NCBI GenBank assembly: GCA_903885565.1
Contig: CAISJI010000216.1
Coordinates: 8,970 to 72,969 of the forward strand
Length of the DNA: 64,000 nt
Direction of reading: 5' to 3'
Origin: an uncultured Planctomycetaceae bacterium
Lineage (GTDB): Bacteria; Planctomycetota; Planctomycetia; Pirellulales; UBA1268
The position numbers and the translations under genes were made by a program. Shown here one piece after another: positions 45,485 through 54,092 of the stretch. The notes below the pieces were generated by a model. The model was not told where the DNA came from and made no database searches. It worked only from the letters and a program-made list of their open reading frames with translations. Position 1 is the first letter of the stretch. Each line of letters starts with the position of its first letter.

Positions 45485-46189
45485 ATGAAGAACAACAGCA
45501 GTCATTCCGGCTCCACCGGCTCAAGACCACACGCTCAAGAGTCTGCCAGAGCCTTTACCGGCGCGGCCGAAGGCTGCGGCGACGATCTTGAGGCCGCAAA
45601 CTCCGCCGCCGGCACAGCCCCTGTCGACCATGCCAGAATCGAACGGGCCGTCCGCGAAATTCTGCTCGCCGTGGGCGAAGATCCCGACCGCGAGGGGCTC
45701 CTGCAAACCCCCGCCCGCGTCGCCCGCATGTATGCCGAGATGTTCAGCGGGCTCAAGGCCGACCCTGCCGTCCATCTGCGCACCGCGTTCACCGAAAAAT
45801 ATGACGAAGTGGTGCTCGTGCGCAACATCGCGTTCAACTCCGTCTGCGAACACCACCTGCTTCCCTTCATGGGCCATGCCCACATCGGCTACATCCCCGA
45901 CGGGCGGGTTGTTGGCCTCAGCAAGCTCGCCCGGCTGGTGGAGGTGGTTTCCCACCGCCCGCAGGTGCAGGAACGGATGACCGAAACCATCGCCGATCTG
46001 CTGGTGGAAGATCTCGGGGCCAAGGGGGTGGCGGTGGTCGTGGAAGCGGCGCACACCTGCATGACGATCCGCGGCGTGCGCAAGCCCGGCAGCGTCTGTG
46101 TGACTTCGGCGATGAAGGGGCTCTTTCGCTCCAATGTTTCGAGCCGCGCTGAGGTGATGTCGCTCATTTTCGGGAGCCGGACGCCATGA
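45485..46189 (+). CDS. folE: GTP cyclohydrolase I (FolE type I)
   Basis: [37 protein letters not shown]...RPQVQERMT is the canonical FolE core. Confidence 0.9.
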   Translation: MKNNSSHSGSTGSRPHAQESARAFTGAAEGCGDDLEAANSAAGTAPVDHARIERAVREILLAVGEDPDREGLLQTPARVARMYAEMFSGLKADPAVHLRTAFTEKYDEVVLVRNIAFNSVCEHHLLPFMGHAHIGYIPDGRVVGLSKLARLVEVVSHRPQVQERMTETIADLLVEDLGAKGVAVVVEAAHTCMTIRGVRKPGSVCVTSAMKGLFRSNVSSRAEVMSLIFGSRTP

Positions 46190-46220
46190 CGCCGAACACC
46201 AAACAGGCAGAGGCCTGCGC

Positions 46221-47012
46221 GTGACACTGCTGATCGATTTTCTTTGCCGGTTTGGCTGGGGCCTCTCCCTGGCGCTGGTCCTCACGCCGGCAGCCTTGGT
46301 GCCGGGGGGGTTTTTTCGCGTCAACCTGTTGGTGGTGATGGGGCTGGCCACGTTTGCCAGTCTGCTGGCAGCCGGCCTATCCAGCGAGAGCGTGCTGGCA
46401 GGAAGCGCGGCGGCAGGTGTGGCCGGGAGCGTCTGGCTGCTGGCGGCCGTGGCGGCGGTGGTGGCTTGGGTCGGAGGCATCCTCTGGCTGGCAGGGAAGG
46501 AGAAGGGGGGCAGTGGAGCCTGTGCCCTCTGCGCGATTCTGTTGGCAGCGGCGGTGTGGGGGAGTGGTGAGCCGACGCCCGTGGCCGCAGGCAGCCGCCT
46601 CCTCTCCGGGGCTGTGGTGGGCCTCACCGTGCATGCGATGCTCTTGGGCCACTGGTATCTCAACGCCCCCGGGATGCGGGTCGATGCGCTGCGCCGGATG
46701 ATCGATCTGGCCCTGGTGGCCTGGGCCCTCCAACTGGCGGCGGCCGGGGCCATGCTTGCCGCTGCCAATCTGGCCGCCGCAACCGCCGGCAGCCCGGGGC
46801 TTGTGGGCCAGCCTGTTGGAACCACCACCATGGCGCTTGCGTCCCTGCGCTGGCTGGCGGGGCTGGTTGGCCTGCCGGTGCTGTTGTGGATGAGCCGCAA
46901 AACCCTGGAAATTCCCAATACGCAAAGCGCCACCGGTATTCTGTATGTGGCCTGCCTCGCGGCGATCGTGGGCGAACTGGCGGCCCAACTGCTGGCCGCG
47001 ACCGCTCGGTGA
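46221..47012 (+). CDS. Polytopic membrane protein, unknown function
   Basis: 263 aa with about 7 hydrophobic segments. It contains VHAMLLGHWYLNAPGM. The start codon is GTG. I recognise no family. Confidence 0.55.
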   Translation: MTLLIDFLCRFGWGLSLALVLTPAALVPGGFFRVNLLVVMGLATFASLLAAGLSSESVLAGSAAAGVAGSVWLLAAVAAVVAWVGGILWLAGKEKGGSGACALCAILLAAAVWGSGEPTPVAAGSRLLSGAVVGLTVHAMLLGHWYLNAPGMRVDALRRMIDLALVAWALQLAAAGAMLAAANLAAATAGSPGLVGQPVGTTTMALASLRWLAGLVGLPVLLWMSRKTLEIPNTQSATGILYVACLAAIVGELAAQLLAATAR

Positions 47013-47048
47013 ATCGTTCGGGCCCGTTGGTCCTCCGGAACACAACTC

Positions 47049-47546
47049 ATGCACATCACATTTGCCTGCCCTGCCTGCGCTGCCACTGTGGCGATGAGGG
47101 GTGTCGAATCGGCCACGGCGCTTGAATGCTCCGCCTGCCGGGCCCGCCTGCCGATTCCGGCTGATGCTCTGGTGGCCGGCCCCGACGGTGAGCCGCGGCT
47201 CCAGCGGTGTTTGGTCTGCCCCAGCACGGAGCTTTTTCTGCGCAAGGATTTTCCGCAGCGGCTGGGGGTGGGGATCGTGGTGGCAGGACTGGCGGCGAGC
47301 TGCGTGACCTGGGCTTGGCGAGAGCTGCTGATGACATTCGCCATTCTCTTTGGCACTGCCCTGATCGACGTGGTGCTCTACTTCTGCGTGCCCGATTGCC
47401 TGACCTGCTATCGCTGCGGCGCCCGCTACAGTGGGGATGGCAGCGAAACGTTTGGCCCCTTTGATCTGGAGACGCACGAAAAACACCGGCAGCAGCTAGC
47501 CCGCCTGCAGGAACAGGCCAGCCGAAAACCAGCCGCTCATGCCTGA
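47049..47546 (+). CDS. Zinc-ribbon membrane protein, unknown function
   Basis: Three Cys pairs are present: CPAC...CSAC, CLVC and CLTCYRC. Two TM segments lie between them. Confidence 0.55.
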   Translation: MHITFACPACAATVAMRGVESATALECSACRARLPIPADALVAGPDGEPRLQRCLVCPSTELFLRKDFPQRLGVGIVVAGLAASCVTWAWRELLMTFAILFGTALIDVVLYFCVPDCLTCYRCGARYSGDGSETFGPFDLETHEKHRQQLARLQEQASRKPAAHA

Positions 47547-47577
47547 ATGCCCCACCCCAACAGGTCAGTCTGTCGCC

Positions 47578-47838
47578 ATGCCCGTTCCTTCCAGCAGCAC
47601 TCTCACCGTCGCCCTCTTTGCCGGCATGGCCGAACTGGCCGGCGCTCGCAGCGTGACTGTGGCTTGGAGCGGGGGCAGCGTGGAAGACCTCCGACGCGTG
47701 CTGGGAGTGGCCCACCCGAAGTTGATCCCCTTGCTTGAGCGCAGCGCCGTGGCCGTGGCGGGAAAATATGCCGCCGACACGCAGCAGGTGGCGACCGGAA
47801 GCGAGGTGGCGATCATTCCTCCGGTGAGCGGAGGGTGA
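47578..47838 (+). CDS. moaD: Molybdopterin synthase sulfur-carrier subunit MoaD
   Basis: 86 aa ending in ...VAIIPPVSGG (ubiquitin-like fold, C-terminal Gly-Gly). It overlaps the moaE start by 4 nt. Confidence 0.8.
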   Translation: MPVPSSSTLTVALFAGMAELAGARSVTVAWSGGSVEDLRRVLGVAHPKLIPLLERSAVAVAGKYAADTQQVATGSEVAIIPPVSGG

Positions 47839-48320
47839 CGATGTCGAGCCGATCACCGCAGCCTGAAATGCTCGTGCGCCGCCCCGTCGATGGCCAACGC
47901 CTGCTTGAGCAGGTGGCCGATCAGGACGCGGGAGCCAACATTCTGTTTGTCGGCACCACGCGTCGCACCACCGGCAGCGAACTGACCGTGGGGCTCGATT
48001 ACGAGGCCCACGAACCGATGGCAGCGGCGGCCCTTGAGCGACTCAAAGTGGAGGCGATTGAGCGCTTCGCCCTGACGTCCTGCGCGATCGAGCACCGGCT
48101 CGGCTGGGTGCCGGCAGGGGAGGCGAGCATTGCCGTGGCGCTCAGTTCGCCGCATCGCCGCGAGGCCTTTGCCGCGGTGGAATGGCTCATGGAACGGATC
48201 AAGGCGGAGGTGCCGATCTGGAAATGCGAGGCGGGAGAGCATGGCTCGCGAGAGTGGGCGCATCCCGGCGACATGCGCGGCGTGGCCGCTGGCCCGGCGG
48301 CGACAGGAGGCCCCTCATGA
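47835..48320 (+). CDS. moaE: Molybdopterin synthase catalytic subunit MoaE
   Basis: GANILFVGTTRR...EAHEPMA...IEHRLGWVPAGEASIAVALSSPHRREAF...IKAEVPIWK is present. Confidence 0.85.
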   Translation: MTMSSRSPQPEMLVRRPVDGQRLLEQVADQDAGANILFVGTTRRTTGSELTVGLDYEAHEPMAAAALERLKVEAIERFALTSCAIEHRLGWVPAGEASIAVALSSPHRREAFAAVEWLMERIKAEVPIWKCEAGEHGSREWAHPGDMRGVAAGPAATGGPS

Positions 48321-49366
48321 CCGACGCCTCCCTTCCACCAGCAGTCAGCCAGACAATGCCCCCGGCCTCTGCCTTGGTCGATCGCTTCGGGCGGGTGCAT
48401 ACCGACCTGCGTTTGAGCGTGACTGACCGCTGCACGCTGCGCTGCACCTACTGCATGCCGCTCGATGCGACGTTTCGGCCGCGGGAGGAACTGCTCACCG
48501 ATGACGAATGCATCCGGGTGGCAACTGTCGCCGCGCGGCTGGGCGTTCGCTCGATCCGCGTGACCGGCGGCGAGCCGCTGTTGCGTCCTGGGCTCGCCGG
48601 GCTGGTGGCCCGGTTGGTGGCGCTTCCCGGTATGGAAGAGGTGGCGCTGACCACCAACGGTCTCCTGCTGGCCCAGCAGGCAGAGGGGCTGTTTGCTGCC
48701 GGCCTGAGCCGGTTGAATGTCAGCCTCGATGCCCTTTCGGAAGAAGTGTTTGAACGAGTGGCCCGGGCGGGCGGGCTGGAGCGGGTGCTCGCCGGCTTGG
48801 CGGAGGCGAAGCGGATTGGCTTCCGGGCGATCCGCATCAATGCCGTTTCGATCCGGGGCCTCACCGAATCGGAGATCGTGCCGCTGGCCAGCTTCTGCCG
48901 TCGCGAGGGGTTTCATCTGCGTTTCATCGAATTCATGCCGCTCGATGCCGACAGCACATGGTCGAACGAGAAAGTGCTCTCCGGGGCCGAGGTGCGCGAG
49001 ATCCTGGAGCGGGAAGTGGGGGCAGTCTTACCCCGGCCGCGCACCGATCCCAGCCAGCCCGCCGTCGATTTTGACTTCGCCGATGGGGCCGGCAGCGTCG
49101 GCTTCATCGATCCGGTGAGCGCTCCCTTCTGCGGCCAATGCGACCGGCTGCGGCTGACGGCCGACGGCCAGCTGCGCAACTGTCTGTTTTCCACAGTTGA
49201 ATGGGATGCCCGCGGGCTGCTTCGCCGCGGCGGTGCCCCTCTGGATATTGATGGCGCGCTTGCAACGATGCTCCGCGACTGCGTGCAGGCCAAGCATGCG
49301 GCCCATGGCATCGGTGCTGCCGATTTCCACAAGCCCCAGCGCGCCATGTATCAGATCGGGGGCTGA
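48317..49366 (+). CDS. moaA: GTP 3',8-cyclase MoaA (radical SAM)
   Basis: LRLSVTDRCTLRCTYCMP (CxxxCxxC) is present, with the C-terminal cluster FCGQCDRLRLTADGQLRNCLF. An ATGA overlap joins it to the moaE stop. Confidence 0.9.
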   Translation: MTDASLPPAVSQTMPPASALVDRFGRVHTDLRLSVTDRCTLRCTYCMPLDATFRPREELLTDDECIRVATVAARLGVRSIRVTGGEPLLRPGLAGLVARLVALPGMEEVALTTNGLLLAQQAEGLFAAGLSRLNVSLDALSEEVFERVARAGGLERVLAGLAEAKRIGFRAIRINAVSIRGLTESEIVPLASFCRREGFHLRFIEFMPLDADSTWSNEKVLSGAEVREILEREVGAVLPRPRTDPSQPAVDFDFADGAGSVGFIDPVSAPFCGQCDRLRLTADGQLRNCLFSTVEWDARGLLRRGGAPLDIDGALATMLRDCVQAKHAAHGIGAADFHKPQRAMYQIGG

Positions 49367-49367
49367 G

Positions 49368-50594
49368 ATGGATTCCCAGCCTGTGCGCCGGTATCTCGAT
49401 AGCGCCGCCACAAGCTGGCCGAAGCCTGAGGCTGTGCTGGCGGCCTCAGCTGAAGCCGCCCGGAGTGTGGGGGCCGCGGCTGGCCGGGGCACCCATCAGG
49501 CGGCCCAGGCTGCCGATCGAATGCGCCGGCTGGCCCGCCGCCGCGCGGCAGACCTGCTCGGCGGTGTTGATCCATCCCGGGTGGCCCTCCCTGCCGGGGG
49601 CACGCTCGGCCTCAATATGGCGATCCACGGGGTGCTCCAGCCGGGCGACCGGGTGATCGCCACCGCCGCCGACCACAACGCCTCGCTGCGGACGCTGCAC
49701 TTTCTGGCACAGCGGGAGGAGATCGAGCTCACAGTGGTCCCTTGTGACAGCCGGGGCTGGGTCGATCCGGCGGCGATCGAGCGGGCGTGGCGGCCGGCCA
49801 CCAGATTGGTGGTCTGTTCCCATGCTGCGAATGTGACCGGCATGGTGCAAGATGCGGCTGCCATGGCGAATATCGCCCACGGCCGGGGGGGGCTGTTGCT
49901 CCTCGATGCCGCGCAGACGCTCGGTCAGATTCCCTGCGACGTCCCTGGCTACGGGGCCGACATCGTCGTGGCGCCAGCCCACAAATGGCTGCAGGGGCCT
50001 TCCGGCGCGGCAATTCTCTGGGTAAGGGAAGGGATCGATCTGGTTCCATTGGTGCAGGGGGGCACCGGCACCCAGAGCGACTCTCTGGAAATGCCCGAGG
50101 CGTTCACTGACCGCATGGAGCCTGGCACCCCCGATCTCCCGGCGCTGGCTGGCCTGACCGCCGCCGTCGACTGGCTCGAGCGATTTTCAATTTCCGCTGT
50201 GGCAGCCCATTGCAGAAGTCTGGCGCAGGCTGCTGCAGATGGCCTGCGTGCTGTGGCTGGAGTGCGCGTGATCGGCGGAGGGCAGGTGGGGGTGCCGATT
50301 GTGAGTTTTACAGCCGAGGGCTATGATCCGGCCGAGCTTGCGCTGCTCTTGGAGCAGTTGGCGGGCATCGAGGCGCGGGCTGGCTATCACTGCGCAGCCC
50401 TGGTGCACGAGCACCTCTCCACGGCGGCCGGCGGCACGCTGCGGGTGAGCTTTGGACCACACAACACCGATGAGGATGTGGCGATCTTGGTGGAAACCAT
50501 GGGTCAGCTCCTCCAGAGAAGCCTTTCGAGTTCCGTGGCGGGCGCTTTAGGGAGCGACCTGTCTTCCCGATCAATCCCCCCTTGGCAGAAATAA
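49368..50594 (+). CDS. Class V aminotransferase-fold cysteine desulfurase (SufS/CsdA-like)
   Basis: YLDSAATSWP, VVAPAHKWLQGPSG (PLP Lys) and ARAGYHCA (active-site Cys loop, compare RxGHHCA) are present. It starts 1 nt after the moaA stop. Confidence 0.85.
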   Translation: MDSQPVRRYLDSAATSWPKPEAVLAASAEAARSVGAAAGRGTHQAAQAADRMRRLARRRAADLLGGVDPSRVALPAGGTLGLNMAIHGVLQPGDRVIATAADHNASLRTLHFLAQREEIELTVVPCDSRGWVDPAAIERAWRPATRLVVCSHAANVTGMVQDAAAMANIAHGRGGLLLLDAAQTLGQIPCDVPGYGADIVVAPAHKWLQGPSGAAILWVREGIDLVPLVQGGTGTQSDSLEMPEAFTDRMEPGTPDLPALAGLTAAVDWLERFSISAVAAHCRSLAQAAADGLRAVAGVRVIGGGQVGVPIVSFTAEGYDPAELALLLEQLAGIEARAGYHCAALVHEHLSTAAGGTLRVSFGPHNTDEDVAILVETMGQLLQRSLSSSVAGALGSDLSSRSIPPWQK

Positions 50595-50601
50595 ACGGAC
50601 C

Positions 50602-51027
50602 ATGGCAGGCATCAAAAAAGAGGTTTGGTATTCGGGCGGGCTGCGCTTTGAGTGCACGCAGTGTGGCGATTGCTGCTCCGGGTCTGAGGGATATGTGTGG
50701 GTGAATCAGGAGGAGATCAACGCCATGGCCAGCCGGGTGGGGCTGGAGCCGAAGGTGTTTGAGGAGAAGTATGTGAAGCGGGTGGGGGTGCGGCGATCGC
50801 TGAAGGAGCGGCCGGGTGGCGACTGCGTGTTGCTCGATGAGCAGACCCGCAAGTGCACCGCCTATGAGGAGCGGCCGCGGCAGTGCAAGACCTGGCCTTT
50901 TTGGGATTCCAACATCCGCACGCCTGAGGCCTGGGAAGAGACGGCCCAAGCCTGTCCGGGCTGCAACAATGGCAACCTCGTGCCGCTGGAAACGATCATC
51001 GAGCAGGCCTCCAAGATCCGGATCTGA
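50602..51027 (+). CDS. YkgJ-family (UPF0153) CxxCxxCC Fe-S/zinc cluster protein
   Basis: FECTQCGDCCSG and ...CTAYEERPRQCKTWPFW are present. Confidence 0.8.
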   Translation: MAGIKKEVWYSGGLRFECTQCGDCCSGSEGYVWVNQEEINAMASRVGLEPKVFEEKYVKRVGVRRSLKERPGGDCVLLDEQTRKCTAYEERPRQCKTWPFWDSNIRTPEAWEETAQACPGCNNGNLVPLETIIEQASKIRI

Positions 51028-51071
51028 ACCGGTATCGGCTAGCGTGCCGAGCACGCACGCACGCTAAGCGC

Positions 51072-51241
51072 GACTGGCCGCCGGGAGGGCGGCCTCACAG
51101 AAGCGGGCGGAGGCCCGCCAAGCGAAAACGGGCATGATGCCCGTGTTTCGCGTGAAGCGGCCCGCCGGGAGGGCGGCCTCACAGAAGCGGGCGGAGGCCC
51201 GCCAAGCGAAAACGGGCATGATGCCCGTGTTTCGCGTGAAG
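51072..51241 (+). repeat. 84-bp three-hairpin repeat, two tandem copies
   Basis: The copies are 51072-51157 and 51158-51241 (period 84). The core is CCGCCGGGAGGGCGGCCTCACAGAAGCGGGCGGAGGCCCGCCAAGCGAAAACGGGCATGATGCCCGTGTTTCGCGTGAAG. The hairpins are CCGCC-gggag-GGCGG, GCGGGC-ggag-GCCCGC and ACGGGCA-tga-TGCCCGT. Confidence 0.9.
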
Positions 51242-51409
51242 ACGACACGCAAAAGCTACGCAGGGGCTGCCAAGCCTCGCTAGCATCGTGTACAAACGTC
51301 CTACTCCTTCGGGTGGTCAAATCACCAACGCACAAGCCGTCGAAGACGGTCATTCGATTGATCGCCCGCACAGTGATCTCGTAACCGGGTTCCCTTCTCC
51401 GGAAAAAAC

Positions 51410-53038
51410 ATGGCGCTGAATCGCTGGCAGACTCTGCCGAAAAACCAACTCAATCGTCTTTTGGACCGCAGCCATACGCTGCAGGGCGCCGTTCTTGTTG
51501 GGTTAGACGGCCTGTTAGTTGAGATGCAGGCAAGGGCAATGAATGTCTATGCTGAAGGTATCCCGTGGGGATTGGCCGTCCGGATTTCCGGAATGGCAAA
51601 GGGCACTGTTCGCGAATCGCTCGATCGCATCAGCGGAGCATTTCGGGCGGCCGGTATTCCTGACTCCCAGGCGGAAATCTTGATCAACCTAACTCCGCCG
51701 GAGATTCCAAAGGATGGAACATGGCTGGACCTTCCCCTTGCGTTGATCATGCTGCAGGCGACCGGTTATCTGCCAGATCTGACCGAAGACAAGGAAAAGA
51801 ACTTTGTTGTTGTCGGCGAACTTGGTCTGCACGGAGACATTCGCCGTATTCCCGGCGTGCTTTCGTTGGCTTATTTGGCAAAAGCTGGACAGAAACTCAT
51901 TGTTCCCTTCGGCAACGAGAAGGAAGCCGCTTTGATAATGGCCAAGCCAGGCCATGACGGATGTGGAGTCTTTGCTGCCAAGAAACTAATGGAAGTAATC
52001 GATTTTTTCTCTGGCCGAGGAAAACTGGACAACGCGCTGAGCCAGCGCATCTCGTTCGAAAGCGTGGTGGAGAAGGCGATTGATTTTGGGAAAATACGCG
52101 GCCAGAGTGAGGCCAAGGACGCAGCCATCATTGCGGCCGCCGGTGGCCATAACTTATTGCTCATTGGCCCGCCCGGAGAGGGAAAATCGCTGCTGGCGAG
52201 CGCAATGCCAGGAATTCTTCCCCGATTGACGGACCCTGAAAAAGTTCAGCTGACACGGATCTACTCGGCCGCAGGGAAGCTGGATCGAGATGGGCAAGCC
52301 GTCACGCGACGGCCGCTGCGAACCGTTCACCACACGGCCTCCAAGCAGTCCATCATCGGCGGAGGTTCTGGAGTGCCTCGGCCCGGTGAGATCACCATGG
52401 CCCACTTGGGAGTGCTTTTTCTCGACGAAATCGCCGAGTTTCCAGCGGCAACTCTTGAGGCTATGCGACAGCCTCTTGAGGCCGGAGAAATCACCGTAAC
52501 CCGGGTTGCAGGAAGCTTTACGTATCCCTGCCGATTCGCGCTTCTGGCGGCCATGAATCCATGCCCGTGCGGCTATTACGGCACGGAGCGCTGCAGTTGC
52601 AAGCCGGATGCGGTTCGACGCTACCTCGGCAAAATCAGCGGCCCGATTTCAGATCGCATCGATTTGCAGGTCACTCTCAGGCCGTTATCCACGGACGAGC
52701 GGTTTGCTGCTACGGAGGACGGACAGTCTCCGAAATTGCGCGGCCATGTGGAGGCGGCGAGGCTCCGGCAGGCGGAGCGGTTTAGCGGCACGGACATTCC
52801 GTTCAATGCGGCGATACCGGGCGGCGCCGTCGTGGAATACTGCCAGTTCGGGGAAGCGGCTATGAAACACTACAGGCAACTGATCGAAGAGAACACGCTG
52901 TCAACCCGATCAATGGATCGATTAGCCAAGGTGGCCCGAACCGTAGCCGACTTAGCGGGCAGCGATTCGATTGAGCCGAAGCATGTCGCCCAAGCCGCCA
53001 AGTACGTCATCGGAGGAGTGCTCCGAGAGCAGTATTGA
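51410..53038 (+). CDS. comM: YifB/ComM family ATPase (Mg-chelatase-like, MCM-related AAA+)
   Basis: 542 aa. It has a Lon-like N-domain, Walker A LLLIGPPGEGKSLLA, Walker B GVLFLDEIAEF, the Zn/Cys cluster NPCPCGYYGTERCSC and a C-terminal SMDRLAKVARTVADLAG. Confidence 0.9.
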   Translation: MALNRWQTLPKNQLNRLLDRSHTLQGAVLVGLDGLLVEMQARAMNVYAEGIPWGLAVRISGMAKGTVRESLDRISGAFRAAGIPDSQAEILINLTPPEIPKDGTWLDLPLALIMLQATGYLPDLTEDKEKNFVVVGELGLHGDIRRIPGVLSLAYLAKAGQKLIVPFGNEKEAALIMAKPGHDGCGVFAAKKLMEVIDFFSGRGKLDNALSQRISFESVVEKAIDFGKIRGQSEAKDAAIIAAAGGHNLLLIGPPGEGKSLLASAMPGILPRLTDPEKVQLTRIYSAAGKLDRDGQAVTRRPLRTVHHTASKQSIIGGGSGVPRPGEITMAHLGVLFLDEIAEFPAATLEAMRQPLEAGEITVTRVAGSFTYPCRFALLAAMNPCPCGYYGTERCSCKPDAVRRYLGKISGPISDRIDLQVTLRPLSTDERFAATEDGQSPKLRGHVEAARLRQAERFSGTDIPFNAAIPGGAVVEYCQFGEAAMKHYRQLIEENTLSTRSMDRLAKVARTVADLAGSDSIEPKHVAQAAKYVIGGVLREQY

Positions 53039-53039
53039 G

Positions 53040-53672
53040 ATGCAAACGCGACATATTATCGGTATCGCAGGGCTTGTGATCGCCCTTCTTGGAACGATCT
53101 TCGACCTCATCGCGGTAACGGCATTTGCCCATTTTGTTCTCGCCACAGGCATTCTGCTGGCGATGGTCGGTTTTCGGGCGGAGCTAGCCCCGCTGCTCGC
53201 AACTTGGACAAAAGCGTTGTTGCAATGTTTGTGGAGTCTTGGCCGTTGCCTTGCCCGTCTCTTTCAGTTCTTGTTCATCAGGGCATCTGGCGGGCGGAAA
53301 CGCGGATCACTGCACCGATGGAATGACCTCGGCGATTTCGATTTTGAGGTCGTCGGAGAATCGAATTACCAGCCAGCGTTGACTGCTGTAACTGGCGGCC
53401 GTATCGCCGGGTCCGAGGGAATTTTTTGCGAAGCGGAACTGGTTCCCGAATCAAACAACAAATTCGATTCCATGGCAGTCGCGGTATCCGTCAACGGCAG
53501 AAAAGTTGGCTACTTGGCGCGGAGTGACGCCAGAGAATTCCGGGATCGGCTGGCAGATTCTGGCCTGACCGGCCAAGTAACGGTCTGCCAAGCAATGATT
53601 CGCGGCGGAGGCCGCCGCCGCGACGGTGAGGCAATGAGCTACGGCATCTGGCTCGACATTGAGCCATTCTGA
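53040..53672 (+). CDS. Membrane-anchored HIRAN-domain protein
   Basis: 210 aa. Two or three N-terminal TM segments are present (IIGIAGLVIALLGTIFDLIAV..., ATGILLAMVGF). The HIRAN-like core is FEVVGESNYQ...LVPESNNKFDSMAVAVSVNGRKVGYLARSDAREF. The ATG lies 1 nt after the comM stop. Confidence 0.75.
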   Translation: MQTRHIIGIAGLVIALLGTIFDLIAVTAFAHFVLATGILLAMVGFRAELAPLLATWTKALLQCLWSLGRCLARLFQFLFIRASGGRKRGSLHRWNDLGDFDFEVVGESNYQPALTAVTGGRIAGSEGIFCEAELVPESNNKFDSMAVAVSVNGRKVGYLARSDAREFRDRLADSGLTGQVTVCQAMIRGGGRRRDGEAMSYGIWLDIEPF

Positions 53673-53756
53673 CGTGCGGTGAACTCTAGGCGGCCTGCAG
53701 TTGGCTCGGCGCCTAGCTTCGTCACGGCTCACGCGCTGAGAGAGGGCGCCACGCGG

Positions 53757-53842
53757 GACTGGCCGCCGGGAGGGCGGCCTCACAGAAGCGGGCGGAGGCC
53801 CGCCAAGCGAAAACGGGCAGGATGCCCGTGTTTCGCGTGAAG
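53757..53842 (+). repeat. 84-bp three-hairpin repeat, third copy (same orientation)
   Basis: Identical to the copies at 51072-51241 except for one substitution, which falls in the loop of hairpin 3 (tga to gga). It is immediately followed by GGGCCATGGATGGCCC (53846-53861), the inverted form of the 45170/45273 palindrome core. Confidence 0.9.
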
Positions 53843-53873
53843 CTAGGGCCATGGATGGCCCTTCAGGCGCTAT

Positions 53874-54092
53874 TTACAGTATCCCGCCGTGCGTGCGGTA
53901 GGCGGTCATGTGCGACGGCTGATCGAGGAACCAGATGCGTTCCCACTCGTCGGTGATCGCCCGCAGATCTTCGGAGGTGAAGATGAGTTGCTGGGCCCGG
54001 CGGACCGGATCGCCCGAATACATCGGGATGAGGCAGCCGGTGCTCATCGGGAGCGCCACGGCCGCCAGCAGAATCCAGCACAGTTTCCTCAT
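53874..54092 (-). CDS. Small lipoprotein (hypothetical)
   Basis: MRKLCWILLAAVALPMSTGC is a lipobox-like signal. GGAGGA lies 7 nt upstream of the ATG at 54092. The track ORF is longer, running to 54284. Confidence 0.55.
   Translation of the reverse strand: MRKLCWILLAAVALPMSTGCLIPMYSGDPVRRAQQLIFTSEDLRAITDEWERIWFLDQPSHMTAYRTHGGIL

Noticed and set aside
47012-47578. Moco riboswitch ahead of moaD.
   Set aside because: The space is occupied by a plausible CDS (47049..47546), and only 31 nt remain before moaD.
51072-51241. Possible CRISPR array or integron attC sites.
   Set aside because: The two copies are directly abutting with no spacer. No cas genes or integrase are present. I could not find the RYYYAAC/GTTRRRY core pair expected of attC.
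53451-53852. A 133-aa minus-strand ORF (MALASRETRASCPFSLGGPPPASVRPPSRR...) and its look-alike at 51039..51371.
   Set aside because: The repeated peptide is simply the translation of the 84-bp repeat. The remainder is antisense to the HIRAN gene.
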